Below are positions 24,603 to 36,826 of a stretch of DNA of 64,000 bases, one piece after another. Under the pieces are notes generated by a model. The model worked only from the letters and a program-made list of their open reading frames with translations, made no database searches and was not told the DNA's origin. The stretch's first letter is position 1. Every line of letters begins with the position of its first letter. Both the position numbers and the translations under genes were made by a program. This stretch comes from Octopus vulgaris (taxonomy: Eukaryota): contig OX597832.1 of NCBI GenBank assembly GCA_951406725.2, positions 36,642,001 to 36,706,000 of the forward strand. Direction: 5' to 3'.

Positions 24603-26141
24603 GTAGATCTCCAAGCTGAATCTATAAAAGAGTGAAAGAAGAAATTTCAAACATAGAAGCAAAGCTTAGAAAGAAGTTTTAAAGGAAACCTAGTAAAAAC
24701 CAAAGTTTTTAGATTCTACTGCCATCTGAGAAGTTGCCATGCATGATAGGCAGGAAAAAAGCAGAAACATATTCTATAAATTGTACCCAATTCACACTAT
24801 GGCTACCATCAGAGATGCTGCGGAAAGTGGAGGGAAAAGAAAAAAAGGAAAATAGGTAACTTTCTGCTTTGGTAGTCACCAATTCCTGCATTTTGTTAAA
24901 AATTCTCCAGATATTAAGAAACTAGGGAATTTCTTCTACAGGAAAAAAAAAAAAATGTAAATAAATAGAATAAAACAGTAAAATATATTTGTTCAGCAGG
25001 CATTATCTCACAAATTTTGTGAAGTTGGTTTTGTTGAAACAAATAACCAGCACCAAAATTAAAGCAAGGTCACTGTTAAATGCTTAATTTGGTCCAGCTG
25101 TCTCCAATTCTTCAGATTGACTAATATATTTAAATACCTGTGTATAGCTAACTGCAAGAAAACTCCCTCTGGTATTCTTACCATTTTCTTGATGCTTTTT
25201 TTCCCTTCTTTTTTTTTCATCTGTAGAAGCATCTCTGTAATCTCTGTAGAAGTAATTTTTTGCTAAGACTATATCATGCTTTTTAACAAAAAGCCTCGCA
25301 AAACTGCTCAGAATTTGTGCAGATCCCATGAATAGGTTGTGGTTGGGGAACCATTCTAGTTGATTAGCTGCTCACTCAAAGACATGCAGTTGCTGCAGGT
25401 GTTATTGTGCTGCCACTCCTTGCAAATGTTGCATTTTAACGTTTCATGTAACCACAACTGCATTAGGCAGTTTCTATTTGTATGTGTGCATGTATATATA
25501 TATATATCACATGTAGTTGTATATTACATGTGGATGTAAATGATACATACTTACATGCATATATATATATATATTATAAAACATGTATTTGTATATTACA
25601 TACATATGCATGTATACACATCTAATTACAAGTCTTAACATGTAAACATGTACATACATTAATATAATGTCTAGTTGACAACGATAGAACTTTCATGCTT
25701 CAAACATCTTTCATTGTTAGTCTTCTTATTTCAGACGGACCTGAAGCTGAATAAAAATTTTCGAGCATATTTTCAATGAATGAACATCACAACTGTTACT
25801 AATTTATGACAAACGTTGATATTTTCCCTTCGTTCTATAAAGAATGACACTGAGAATGGCGATTGACTGACAGAACTGGTACTGTGACTGACAAAATGTA
25901 GGTTGATTAGCAGAATTAGTAGAATGATAAAGAAATTGGCCCATGGTATTTAGTTACATGTCTTCACCTTCTTATTTCAAATCTCACCAAGCTCAACTTC
26001 ATCTTTCGTCCTTCTGGTGTTGATGAAGTACCAGTAATTTGGGGGGGCTGATATAACTTACATCCCTCCTGTAATGAGATCTGTTGTCTCTGTTAGAAAA
26101 GAATATATCCAGACAGAGATACAAATAAATAAATAAATATG

Positions 26142-26182
<41 letters not shown>

Positions 26183-26320
26183 TGTCCACTGATGGGTGGT
26201 TGGTGTTAGGAAGGGCATCCAGCTGTAAAACCAAACACAGAAGTCTAGTGCAGGCTTCTGTCTGACCGGTTCTTGTCAAACTGTCCAACCCATGCCAGCA
26301 TGGAAGGTGGATGTTAAATG

Positions 26321-26360
<40 letters not shown>

Positions 26361-27249
26361 CATAAGGACTTAGTGTGGTTAATTAGCCTAATCACTGTAA
26401 TCACATCATCATGCTTGTTGTGTGTTTACTTCAGTAATTAACTTATTCTCTATCCTACGTGTATTTTTACTTCATTAATATTCTAATTAAATGGTTGATG
26501 AAATTTAAAAAAAAAATTGAAATCTCTCAAATTGAAGCAGATTTGAACTTAACTCGTGTGAAATGTGGAAGGTGGTACAATGAAAACTGGACATTTACTG
26601 ATGCTTCGCAACATTACTTCTGCCTCCACCACTACCTCCACCACCATCATCATCATCATCATCACTACCACTACCATCCTCTGTGTTAAAAGTGGGGTTT
26701 TGTGTGGACATAGTGATGGAGAATGGTAAGATGTCAGACTGAATTCTTGTTCTGGAACCTCTTGTTTCTGGGTTCAGTTTCTACTGGTGCTGCCATGTCT
26801 GTGTATTTGCGTTACGTGTCTGCATCATCGATAACCAAAGTTTCTATCAAAGCTGTGAAAGCTCATATTTACATCTCTGTTTCTATAATTTGATTTGTCA
26901 CACAGAATACACACTCACACGTGTGTCTGTGCATGCACACGCACACACACGAGTGAACATTCACATACACACTTACATTCATACACAAGTATCTGCACAC
27001 GCACACGCACAGAGTTGCTACCACCCACCCACCCCACTTCTGCGTACACACGTCACAGTTTATTAAATATTAAACTTCCATAAAATCAATTCTAAAATTC
27101 ATAGAATTTTCATTATGATTTTCAGAGAAATGTCACCACACACCACTGCCACTATTGCATTATGTCCTTAGGCAAGGCGTTCCACTATATTTGTCTAACA
27201 AATCATTGTTCCTAGTTTTTCTTTTTGTTATTAAGTAATTGAGTATGGG

Positions 27250-27263
27250 GTAGCCATGGTAAC
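27250..27263. promoter_or_regulatory. RFX X-box GTAGCCATGGTAAC
   Basis: Exact near-palindromic match to the X-box consensus. Confidence 0.4.
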
Positions 27264-27321
27264 CATTACATAAAACATATACTACAGATTTATATTGGTT
27301 AAGTTAATAATAATGATAATA

Positions 27322-28120
27322 ATTCTTTCTACTGTTGGTGCCAAGCTTGACATTTTGAGAGCAGAGACTCAACAGGGACTTATTTTATCATCCCTGAAAG
27401 TGGACTTGGGTAGGTTTTGAACTCACAAGAAAAAATTCTGTAATTCTGTTTGATTGCTGCCTTTAAATAATCCATTTGAATATTGGTATATTGACTGAAA
27501 TTTTGAGGGGGGAGAGGATTAATTACATTGATCTTAGTTCTCTACTGTGACTTATTTTATTGCCCCCACCCCCCACCAAAAAAGGCATGGAAGTGTTTGA
27601 ACTCAGAATGTAAAGTCAGAAGAAATGCTGCTAAGCATTTTGTCTCGTGTGCTACCAATTCTACTTGCTTGCCACCGTTATATAATAATAATAGTAAAAA
27701 TAATAATAATAATCCTTTCTACTATAGGCACAAGGCCTGAAAGTTTAGGGAAGGGGACTAGTCAATTACATCAACCCTGAAGGGATGAAAGGCAAAGTCG
27801 ACCTCAGCAACATTTGAACACAGAACAGGAAGATTGATGAAATACTGCTAAGCATTTCACCCAGCGTGCTAACAGTTCTACCAGTTTGCCACCCCAATGA
27901 TAATAATCTTTTCTACTATAGGCACAAGGCCTGAAATTTTGAGGGAGGGGCCCATTCAATTAGATCGACCCCAGTATGCAAATGGTACTTAAATTATCAA
28001 CCCTGAAAAGATGAGGCAAAGTCAATCTTGGCGAAATTTGAACTCAGAACATAGCGGCAGGCGAAATACCGCTAAGCATTTCGCCCAGCATCCTAACGAT
28101 TCTGCCAGCTCACCGTCTTC
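27322..28120 (-). mobile_element. Cluster of ~4 tandem SINE family B copies separated by (AAT)n
   Basis: Repeated cctttctactataggcacaaggcctgaaa...tttgaactcagaa...ctgccagct blocks. Confidence 0.8.
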
Positions 28121-29220
28121 ATAATAATAATATGACACATAACAAAAACTAGTCATCAATTCCTTGAGATCTTCAAGTTGATGGTAAATATTTGCCAAAA
28201 ATCATTGTCTTTTACTGTCACTTATTAATGGAGCAGCAGCATCCCTGCATATTCAGCCGGCATATGTGTGTCTGTGTTGCAGTGTGTGTGTGTGTGTGTG
28301 TGTGTTGCCATGTTTCCCCAACAGAACAGCTGATTCTACTTAGATTTAATACTTTTACAATTTACATTAGCATCCATTTTGATGCTGATCTTACCTCATC
28401 TTCATCTGGGTTATTCTGAACTAAAGTGGATTCTGTTTTTAGCTTATCAACATGTTTTTTGTACTTTTTTTTTTATTCTTGGATCTTCCACTTTCCCTGC
28501 ATCTTTCTTGACAACTTGGTGTACTTCTGCAGAAAAATACCTACCAAAACCGTATCGCAGCAGCTATCCATCTTGTATTTTCTATCTGATCATTTCATTC
28601 TATCAGAGTATTGGAGTGATTTTTCCATTTCGTTTTCTGTCAGAGGATAATTTTTTTTTTTTTTTTTGCTCTGAGACTTGTAGAGTTCTTTAGATTACCA
28701 CATTTAAGGATATTTCATTGTTTTTATTATTCTCATCCCCCTGCCATTTCTTCCACTCTCTCTTTGTCTCTCTTTCTTTCCCCCTTTTCTTTTTCTCAAT
28801 GCTTTTCTTTTCATTGAGAATTTAAAAATATTTTCTTTCTATTTCACTTCCAACCATTATATTTTCTGTGTTATTTGATAACCCTCTCTCTTTCTCGCTC
28901 CTTCTCTCTCCACTCCTCTCCTTCCTCTCCTCTCTCACACAAACACACATACTGCTCTTGTTGCTGTAAGAATAAACAAAGAATAAATCCCTCAAGTAAC
29001 TAATGGAGGGTATTAAACAAGCATATTTTGCATATATTTTAGGCATTCTGTTAACAAAACATTATCTTACATAAAACACTTAACTCTTCTGCTGTCGTGA
29101 CACAGAATCACATACAACATTGAGCTTTTGTTGTGTCTCTTAACCTTTCTTCACTACACACTCACTGGTATATCATGGTAGCATGTTAAAGTGAACACTA
29201 AACTGATTATATATTTATAG

Positions 29221-29271
<51 letters not shown>

Positions 29272-29426
29272 TACAAATATGTATACACACACACGAACTC
29301 ACAGAGAATCTTGCAAACCAAATCCCAAAACTAAATACACACACACACACATATATGCATGTATATACACACACATATGTATAAATATATATATATATAC
29401 ACGTACACATATATAAATATATATAT

Positions 29427-29475
<49 letters not shown>

Positions 29476-29597
29476 TATATACCTGTATATATATATATAC
29501 ACTCACATATATACACACATATATACATATATATATATTTATATACACATAAACATACATATGTATTATATACATATATATACTTACATATACATAA

Positions 29598-29880
29598 AAC
29601 TTAGATATGTTTCGACCAAAGATTAGTCCAGGCCATGTCTAACTTAATAGCACCACCTGATAGGATTATCTAAATCCTGTTTAAGTGAAGTTTTGTTTAT
29701 GGTCCATTCAAGTAGTGAGTTCTTGTTGAGTGACTTGTATCCAGGTATGGGTTGCTTATCTGGTATTCCTTGAAGAAATTTGTCCAGACTCTGTTTAAAG
29801 GTGATGGGATCCTTTTCGTCTTTGATCAGTTTTGGAACAATGTTACACAGGGCAGGGCCTGTTGAGGAAAAGAATCCAGT
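29598..29880 (-). mobile_element. CR1/Jockey-group LINE 3' fragment
   Basis: Minus frame [45 protein letters not shown] resembles the GPxLxN..FKxxLDKFL LINE ORF2 C-terminus. Confidence 0.7.
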
Positions 29881-29975
29881 CTATATGTATATACACATAT
29901 ATATGCATATATATATGTATATACATATGTATATATATATGCATATATATACATATATGTATGTATATATATATA

Positions 29976-30011
<36 letters not shown>

Positions 30012-30066
30012 GACGTATATGATTGTGTATATACATATGTGTGTGTATATCTATATATGCACACAC

Positions 30067-30118
<52 letters not shown>

Positions 30119-31129
30119 TAACACACATATCTATATATACACACACACATACACATATATAGATACATACATATGTATAATTTTTGATTTTAGTTTTTAA
30201 AAAGATATTCTAAATTAAATTAATTTCCATCTTCATTGGTTCCATTACTCTTTCATTTGTTGTAATTCGCAAAAGGATGCACTGCAATCTTTTATTTATT
30301 TATTTATTCATCTGAAAGAATTTAGAAATAACGTTTTTATTCCACTCACTGCCTTAGAGTGGTATGGGCGAGGGTGAGGAGGGCAGGCAGGAGGTGATAT
30401 GTTGTTTTTAGTGGTGGTGGTGGTGGTGGTTGTAATGGTGGGGAGTGAGGGTGGGAGGAGGAGGAGATGATAGTAAATGAAAAATAAGATGCTGGGCTGC
30501 CAACCATCTTGTGATTAATACACAGCAAGTCAATCATTTCCAACTGAAATTATTTTCGGTAATCGGATTATATTTGAGACAGTTCTACTTCAGTGAGATC
30601 GGTACATCTCTCTGCTCTTTCTCGCTTCCTCCACAACAATGATATAGAAAATTCCACTGGCTTCTCCGCGCCAAAAACACCAACCCACATTCATGTGTCA
30701 GATAATAGTTTAGTGAAGCATAAAAGGTTTATTGGAGTTCTTCTTCTTCTTCTTCTTCTTCTTCTCCTCGATGATGATGAAAATATCAGCTGCTTTCCTC
30801 AAACTTCAGCCAATCTGTCTTCTTTTGGTTCTTCTTTTCCCCTTTTGATTTTTATCCTTTTATCAACCTTTCATTTCTGTTACTCAATTACTCATGTGAG
30901 TTGTTGCTTTTTTTTTCTTTTTCTTTTATCATATTGGTTTGAATAACCTCAATTATTGCTCATCCCTCAATTACCACTGCTTCACAGCCTCTAACTATCT
31001 CCTCACATTGTAAACCACCTCCTCATCTCTTTACTCCCTTCCCATCCCCCCATCATACACAAATAGACAGGCAGAAGGTCACACAGCCAAAGGAGTGTTG
31101 TATTCTGAAGCTGGGATTGCCCAAATAAT

Positions 31130-31624
31130 ATTGCTTTCAAATTTTGGCACAAGGCCAGCAAGTTTGGAGGAGGGGATAAGTTCATTACATCACCCTCCAG
31201 TGTTTCATCCCTGAAAGGATGGAAACTAAAGTCAAACCTGGCAGAATTTGAACTTAGAAAGTAGAGACTGACAAAATGCCGCTAAGCATTTTGCCCTTTT
31301 ATGGTAACAATTCTGCCAGTTCACCTCCGAAATAATATTGCCAAGGTGTGTTCTTGTTGAATGTAATCCTTCTACATGTTTGTATTCATTTTTCTTTTAC
31401 TTGTTTCACCCATTTGACTGCAGCCATGCTGGAGCACCACCTTCAAGGGTTTTAAGCCAAATTGACTTCACAACTTTTCTTTTTAAAGCCTATTATTTAT
31501 TCTATCAGTTTCTTTTGCCAAACCGCTAAGTTATGGGGATATAAGCACACCAATACTGGTTTTCAGGCAGTGATGGGGGAACAGGCACAAAGACATGCAT
31601 ACACATAGATATATACATATAAAT

Positions 31625-31678
<54 letters not shown>

Positions 31679-31806
31679 ATGGGCTTCTTTCAGTTTCCAT
31701 CTAATAAATCCACTTACAAGGCCACAGTAATAGACACTTGCCCAATGTGCCATGCAGTGGGACCGAACCCAGAACCATGTGGTTGGAAAGCAAACTTCTT
31801 ACCACA
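31130..31806 (-). mobile_element. SINE B (31130-31328) and SINE A (31390-31806)
   Basis: Reverse-complement matches to the family motifs. Confidence 0.75.
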
Positions 31807-31879
31807 CTTGGGCCTATATATATATATATATATATTTGTATATATATATTTGTATTAGATAGTATTTATGTAAGGTAGT

Positions 31880-32205
31880 TGCATAAAGAAGTGTCAATCA
31901 CTTTAAGGGGGAGGGAAGTTGTGGAAGAGGGAGACTGAGGAAGACAGTGTATGAAATATTGAAGGATGATCTCAAAATGCTGAACCTTATAAAGATGACA
32001 GGATGTGTAATGCATTGCTGTACTTGAGAGGACCCACCCACCACAACAGAATTGAGCTCCTAAAAGCGAGGTGTCACATAAAAAGCATTGGTGTGATTTC
32101 TAGCACCATGTAAAAAGCACTGGTGATGGTACCACATAAAAAGCACTCAGTATACTCCATTGAACAATTGGTGCTAGGAAGGGCATCCAGTCATAGAAAC
32201 CATGG
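31880..32205 (+). mobile_element. Decayed RTE 3' fragment
   Basis: CIKKCQSL..GSCGRGRLRKT-like remnant followed by RTE 3'-UTR motifs. Confidence 0.65.
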
Positions 32206-33292
32206 CAGCATGGGAAAATGTTGATGGTGATGAGTATGTAGACAAAATGTAAGGCCTCTGTCAGATAAGGGTTGACCGTTGATCTACACATGTATAGGAC
32301 TTGCCCACCACAAGACGAAAGTGAACTGTCCAAGAATAGTTGAAGAATCAAAACCACATCCTCAAACTCAGTATGAACCATATTTATCGTTAACAGAAAT
32401 CATATGACTTGGTGGTAGTGTGGGTGGATGGCCAGGGGTGCCTGCTGCATACATAACAAATAGTAAAGTTTGCACTAGTATAAACTAAGGATTGTGTTTA
32501 TTATAATTAGTTCAGTAGAGAGGAGGATGCCTCATTATTTTAATGATTAACTCAACTCAAAATTGGTACAGGAGACAACCATACAATTTGAATTAATTAA
32601 AATAAATTACTTTGGACTGTGAGCAGAAATAATTATTAGGTGCTTAATTAGTAACTTAAATATAAGGTTTCAGTCCCATTAGATGCTCATTATTGTTTGT
32701 TTTTAAGTTTCCTACTTGTTTACGCAAACACACACACACACACACACATGCACACACTTGCATATTATAACCCAGCAAAGAAATGTATACATGGTCACTG
32801 CAACTGCTAGAAATAGCAACCAAACTCCTTCAAATCACTACCATTTTTTGAGAAAGGACATGTATAATACAGTTGCAGACACAGTGTCTGCATAAAAGGT
32901 GTGATGATCACAGCCGGAATATCTTTAACCATAGATCTACTGAATTAATTCTGACCTGGGGCTTAAACAACAACATTAAACATGAATAATAAAAAATGAT
33001 CACACACACACACACACACACATAAACATAGGCATGTACATGCATTGTAAGTCTGTATTGAATAAAAATCTAGCATATTCCTTTGTCAGCACTCAGTATG
33101 AACTCTTGGCTATGTCCGTTTTGAAGACTGGTGCTCAAATGTACATTTTCCTCAGCAACCATGTTTTCATGAAAGACTAGAAACAGGACACCACTTGCAT
33201 GATGGTGACACACATTTACAACTATCATACCAGCTCAAGGCAAGCAGACAATAATACATTTGCTTACACGTATATGTAAATATTACATATAT

Positions 33293-33475
33293 AAGCATGC
33301 TTACCAACCACATGGTTCCGGGTTCAGTCCCACTGCGTGGCACCTTGGGCAAGTGTCTTCTACTATAGCCTTGGGCCAACCAAAGCCTTGGGAGTGGATT
33401 TGGTAGACAAAAAGCTAGGTGCAATGTTATACCATAAGGGGAAAAATTCAATCATATATCTATCTATCTATCTAC

Positions 33476-33507
<32 letters not shown>

Positions 33508-33745
33508 ATATATATATATATATGGGTGTGTGTCTGTGTTTGTCCCCCCATCACCACTTAAAAACCAGTGTTGGTATGTTTGTGTCCCTGTAACTTGACA
33601 GTTCAGCAAAAGAAAATGATAGAATAAGTACTAGGTTTAAAAAAAAAGGTCCTGGCATCAATTTTTTCAACTAAAGTCCCTCAAAGTGGTGCCCCAGCAT
33701 GGTCACTGTCACAATGACTGAAACAAGTAAAAGATAAAAGATAAA
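33293..33745 (+). mobile_element. SINE family A
   Basis: catggttccgggttcagtcccactgcgtggcaccttgggcaagtgtcttc ... atgactgaaacaagtaaaag. Confidence 0.85.
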
Positions 33746-33790
33746 CGATATATATATACATACATGTAGTAAGAAGCTTCTTACATATTA

Positions 33791-33822
<32 letters not shown>

Positions 33823-34516
33823 CATACATACACACATAAACTGAAAGAAGCTTGTTACTATATGTACACATGCACACACAGATACATACACTTACAGACA
33901 CATGATGGGCTTTTGCACTGTCTGCATCAAGATTCCATTTACAACGTATCGATCAACTCGGAGCTATTGTAGAAGATTCTTGCCCAAGAAGCCATGCAGC
34001 GGAATCAAATCTGGATCCATGTTGCTTCAAAGTAAGGAAAGTTGTATATACATGTCTTTGGAATATATTTTCTCAATGTCTACACCGTCTATCTGTTATA
34101 TAGATACGCAACATCCGATATTAAAGAAACTGTGATGGATTATTTTTCTTTGTTACCAAACACAATATTAAGAAAACAATTATGGAATACAACAATATGC
34201 CAAATGGGTGATATTATCTAAGACGTATCTGTTTCTTGGAACATCTTTATTCTACCGATATTTCAGCACAAGGCCTGAATTAGCAGCCTCGATTGATCTG
34301 AAAGTTAGTTTGATGCTGTTATAGTTGTTATTGTTACTAATGTCTTTGCTTACAATATGTGATAGCAGCGAATGTCACACAGACATGATATTGATGTTTA
34401 TAAAACAACAACATTACCTTTTTCTCTATTAAAGCTTCCCTTTATGGCTGTTCCATGTGTAGCCATTACACCCTCGTTGCAGATATTCTCTAATCACCTT
34501 ATTATATCAGGGAACA

Positions 34517-34605
<89 letters not shown>

Positions 34606-35902
34606 TCCTTCTGCCTGTTTAATACATCTCTGATAACAAACATTTTCTTAGGTTCTCACACCAAACTATGATTGCAAGTGTGTGTTTGTGTATTTATGTT
34701 GAGTGTGTATTCACAAAAATAAGTCGTACACCTGCATGATATGTATATGTCTATATGTATGTGTATGAGTATATGTTTATCTGTATGTGTATACAAGGCA
34801 TGTGCTGATCAAAATAAATGTATGTATCTTAGCACAGTTATGTAATTTCCATGATGTGTGAGCAGAGTGCTGGACAAAATCTCTCATTGTATTTGATTGT
34901 ATCCTTTTATGTTCTTAGTTCAAACCCCATGTAGTTCCACTTTTATCCTTGTGTAGTCAATAGTGTGTGGAGCTGGTATCTAATATAATTGACTAAACTC
35001 TAGATGATGTTCCAGTTTAACCAGTAAACATACTCTCTCTCTCTCTCTCCTTCCCTCCCTCCCTCCCTCCACTTGTTTCAGACATCAGGCCATGGCCATT
35101 TGGTGTACTCACTATCTTCAAACATGTTACTCTTCTATTTAGCATTATCCAAGACATGTGGTGGTACTATTGTTTTTGTTATATTTCAACAATCAGACAC
35201 CACCTCATCATAAAATTGGATCTTATGTGACAATCTGGGCCATCCCAATAGTTTTTCTGAGCAGTAAACAGTCAGGTGACTATTACAGCTACCTGTGAAG
35301 GCTGGCCCTTTACAAGACCCCAGTCCAGTGCCGGGTTAACACCACTCAGTTATCACTGGTACTTGTTTTCAGCTGAGTGAACTGGAGCAATGTGAAATGA
35401 AGGGCTCAAGGGCACAACATGCTATGCAGCCCATGGATAATACCCACAACCATGAGATCATGGCTTCACATATTAGCCATCACCTAAATACCAATAACGC
35501 ATAATCTCTCAGAATGTGCAAGGCATCAAAGTTTCACTTTCATTTTTAAGTATTCTTCATAGCATTCTTCACATAAACACTTTGGTTAAATTTATCTTTG
35601 GTCTACTCTCTTTCTTTCACACCACACACACACACACACACACACACACTAAGTGTCTGTCTACCTCTCACTCACCCTCTCTCTCTCTCTCTCTCTCACT
35701 CACCCTCTCTCTCTCACTCACCCTCTCTCTCTCTCACTCACCCTCTCTCTCTCTCTCACCTTCTGTTGTCCTACCTCCACGAATGCGTGTGTGCGATGTG
35801 CATGTTTGCTGCTGTTCATTTATTTTTGCGTTGGTTTTTAAAAAAATCAGTTCACTTTAAAAAGTAAACATAACTGAAGTCTTCATTTAGGGCCTCCAGG
35901 GG

Positions 35903-35943
<41 letters not shown>

Positions 35944-36682
35944 GTTGCTCTTGTTAATGGATGTTCAAAGTGATTATGTAAAATTGTATCTTTGTATTAT
36001 ACATTTACCTGTTTATGTAATGTATTCACATTGTATGAGTATATTTTATGTTATATACTCTCTCTTTCTCACTCATACACACATATATGTATTTAAGTGT
36101 TTATATTACTGTGTACATGCATATGTGTGTGTGTGAGAGAGAGAAAGAGATAATATGTATGGGATTTCTAGAATATTGGTTTTTGGATATTCCTTACCAC
36201 CCTTCCATTCCCAACCTCTCATTTATATTCCAAGTTTGGTAAATCAAATTCTTTAGTAAAAAAAATAATATTTCTTTCTTACTTAAATATCAATTTATCA
36301 TGATATGAAATGTTTGTTTATGGTGGGGGAAATTAGGTTTATTTAACCTACAGGAGTACATTAGGTGGTGGGAGGGGACACAACAGCAAGTAGGGGCTTA
36401 GACACATACATATGTGCATACATGGGTGTGTTTATATGTATATGAGTGCACACATATACATGTCTGTGTGTGTCTAAGCTATTTTGCTTTTGTCATTGTG
36501 AAGTTCTGGGTTTTTTTTGTTTGTTTGTTTTGCTTTGGTTTTTATTCCCCTTCTCGTTGCATGTTTTAATAATAACAACCATCATAACAACAACTAGAGC
36601 CACTCTGATAATTACCATCAATGTCACCACTGCAACACTAATAATCATTATAAACATCTTAACAACAATCACGGCAACATCT

Positions 36683-36826
36683 TTATTCAACAATTCTTAG
36701 TTTAAAAGAATGATAGAAAGCTCTTGTTTCTGTCACTCTTTGGGAGCTGTCAGGTAAATCCTGAAGACTTTGTGATGAAGGTATCATTTCCTCAACTTCT
36801 GTTACTGATAAGTGGCGCAGGTAGGA
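36683..36826 (-). CDS. Candidate terminal exon (SYLRHLSVTEVEEMIPSSQSLQDLPDSSQRVTETRAFYHSFKLRIVE*)
   Basis: Polypyrimidine acceptor ttctgtccatctgtctgttttag|TCC; 47 open codons; AATAAA overlaps the stop. Confidence 0.3.
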   Translation of the reverse strand, partial: SYLRHLSVTEVEEMIPSSQSLQDLPDSSQRVTETRAFYHSFKLRIVE

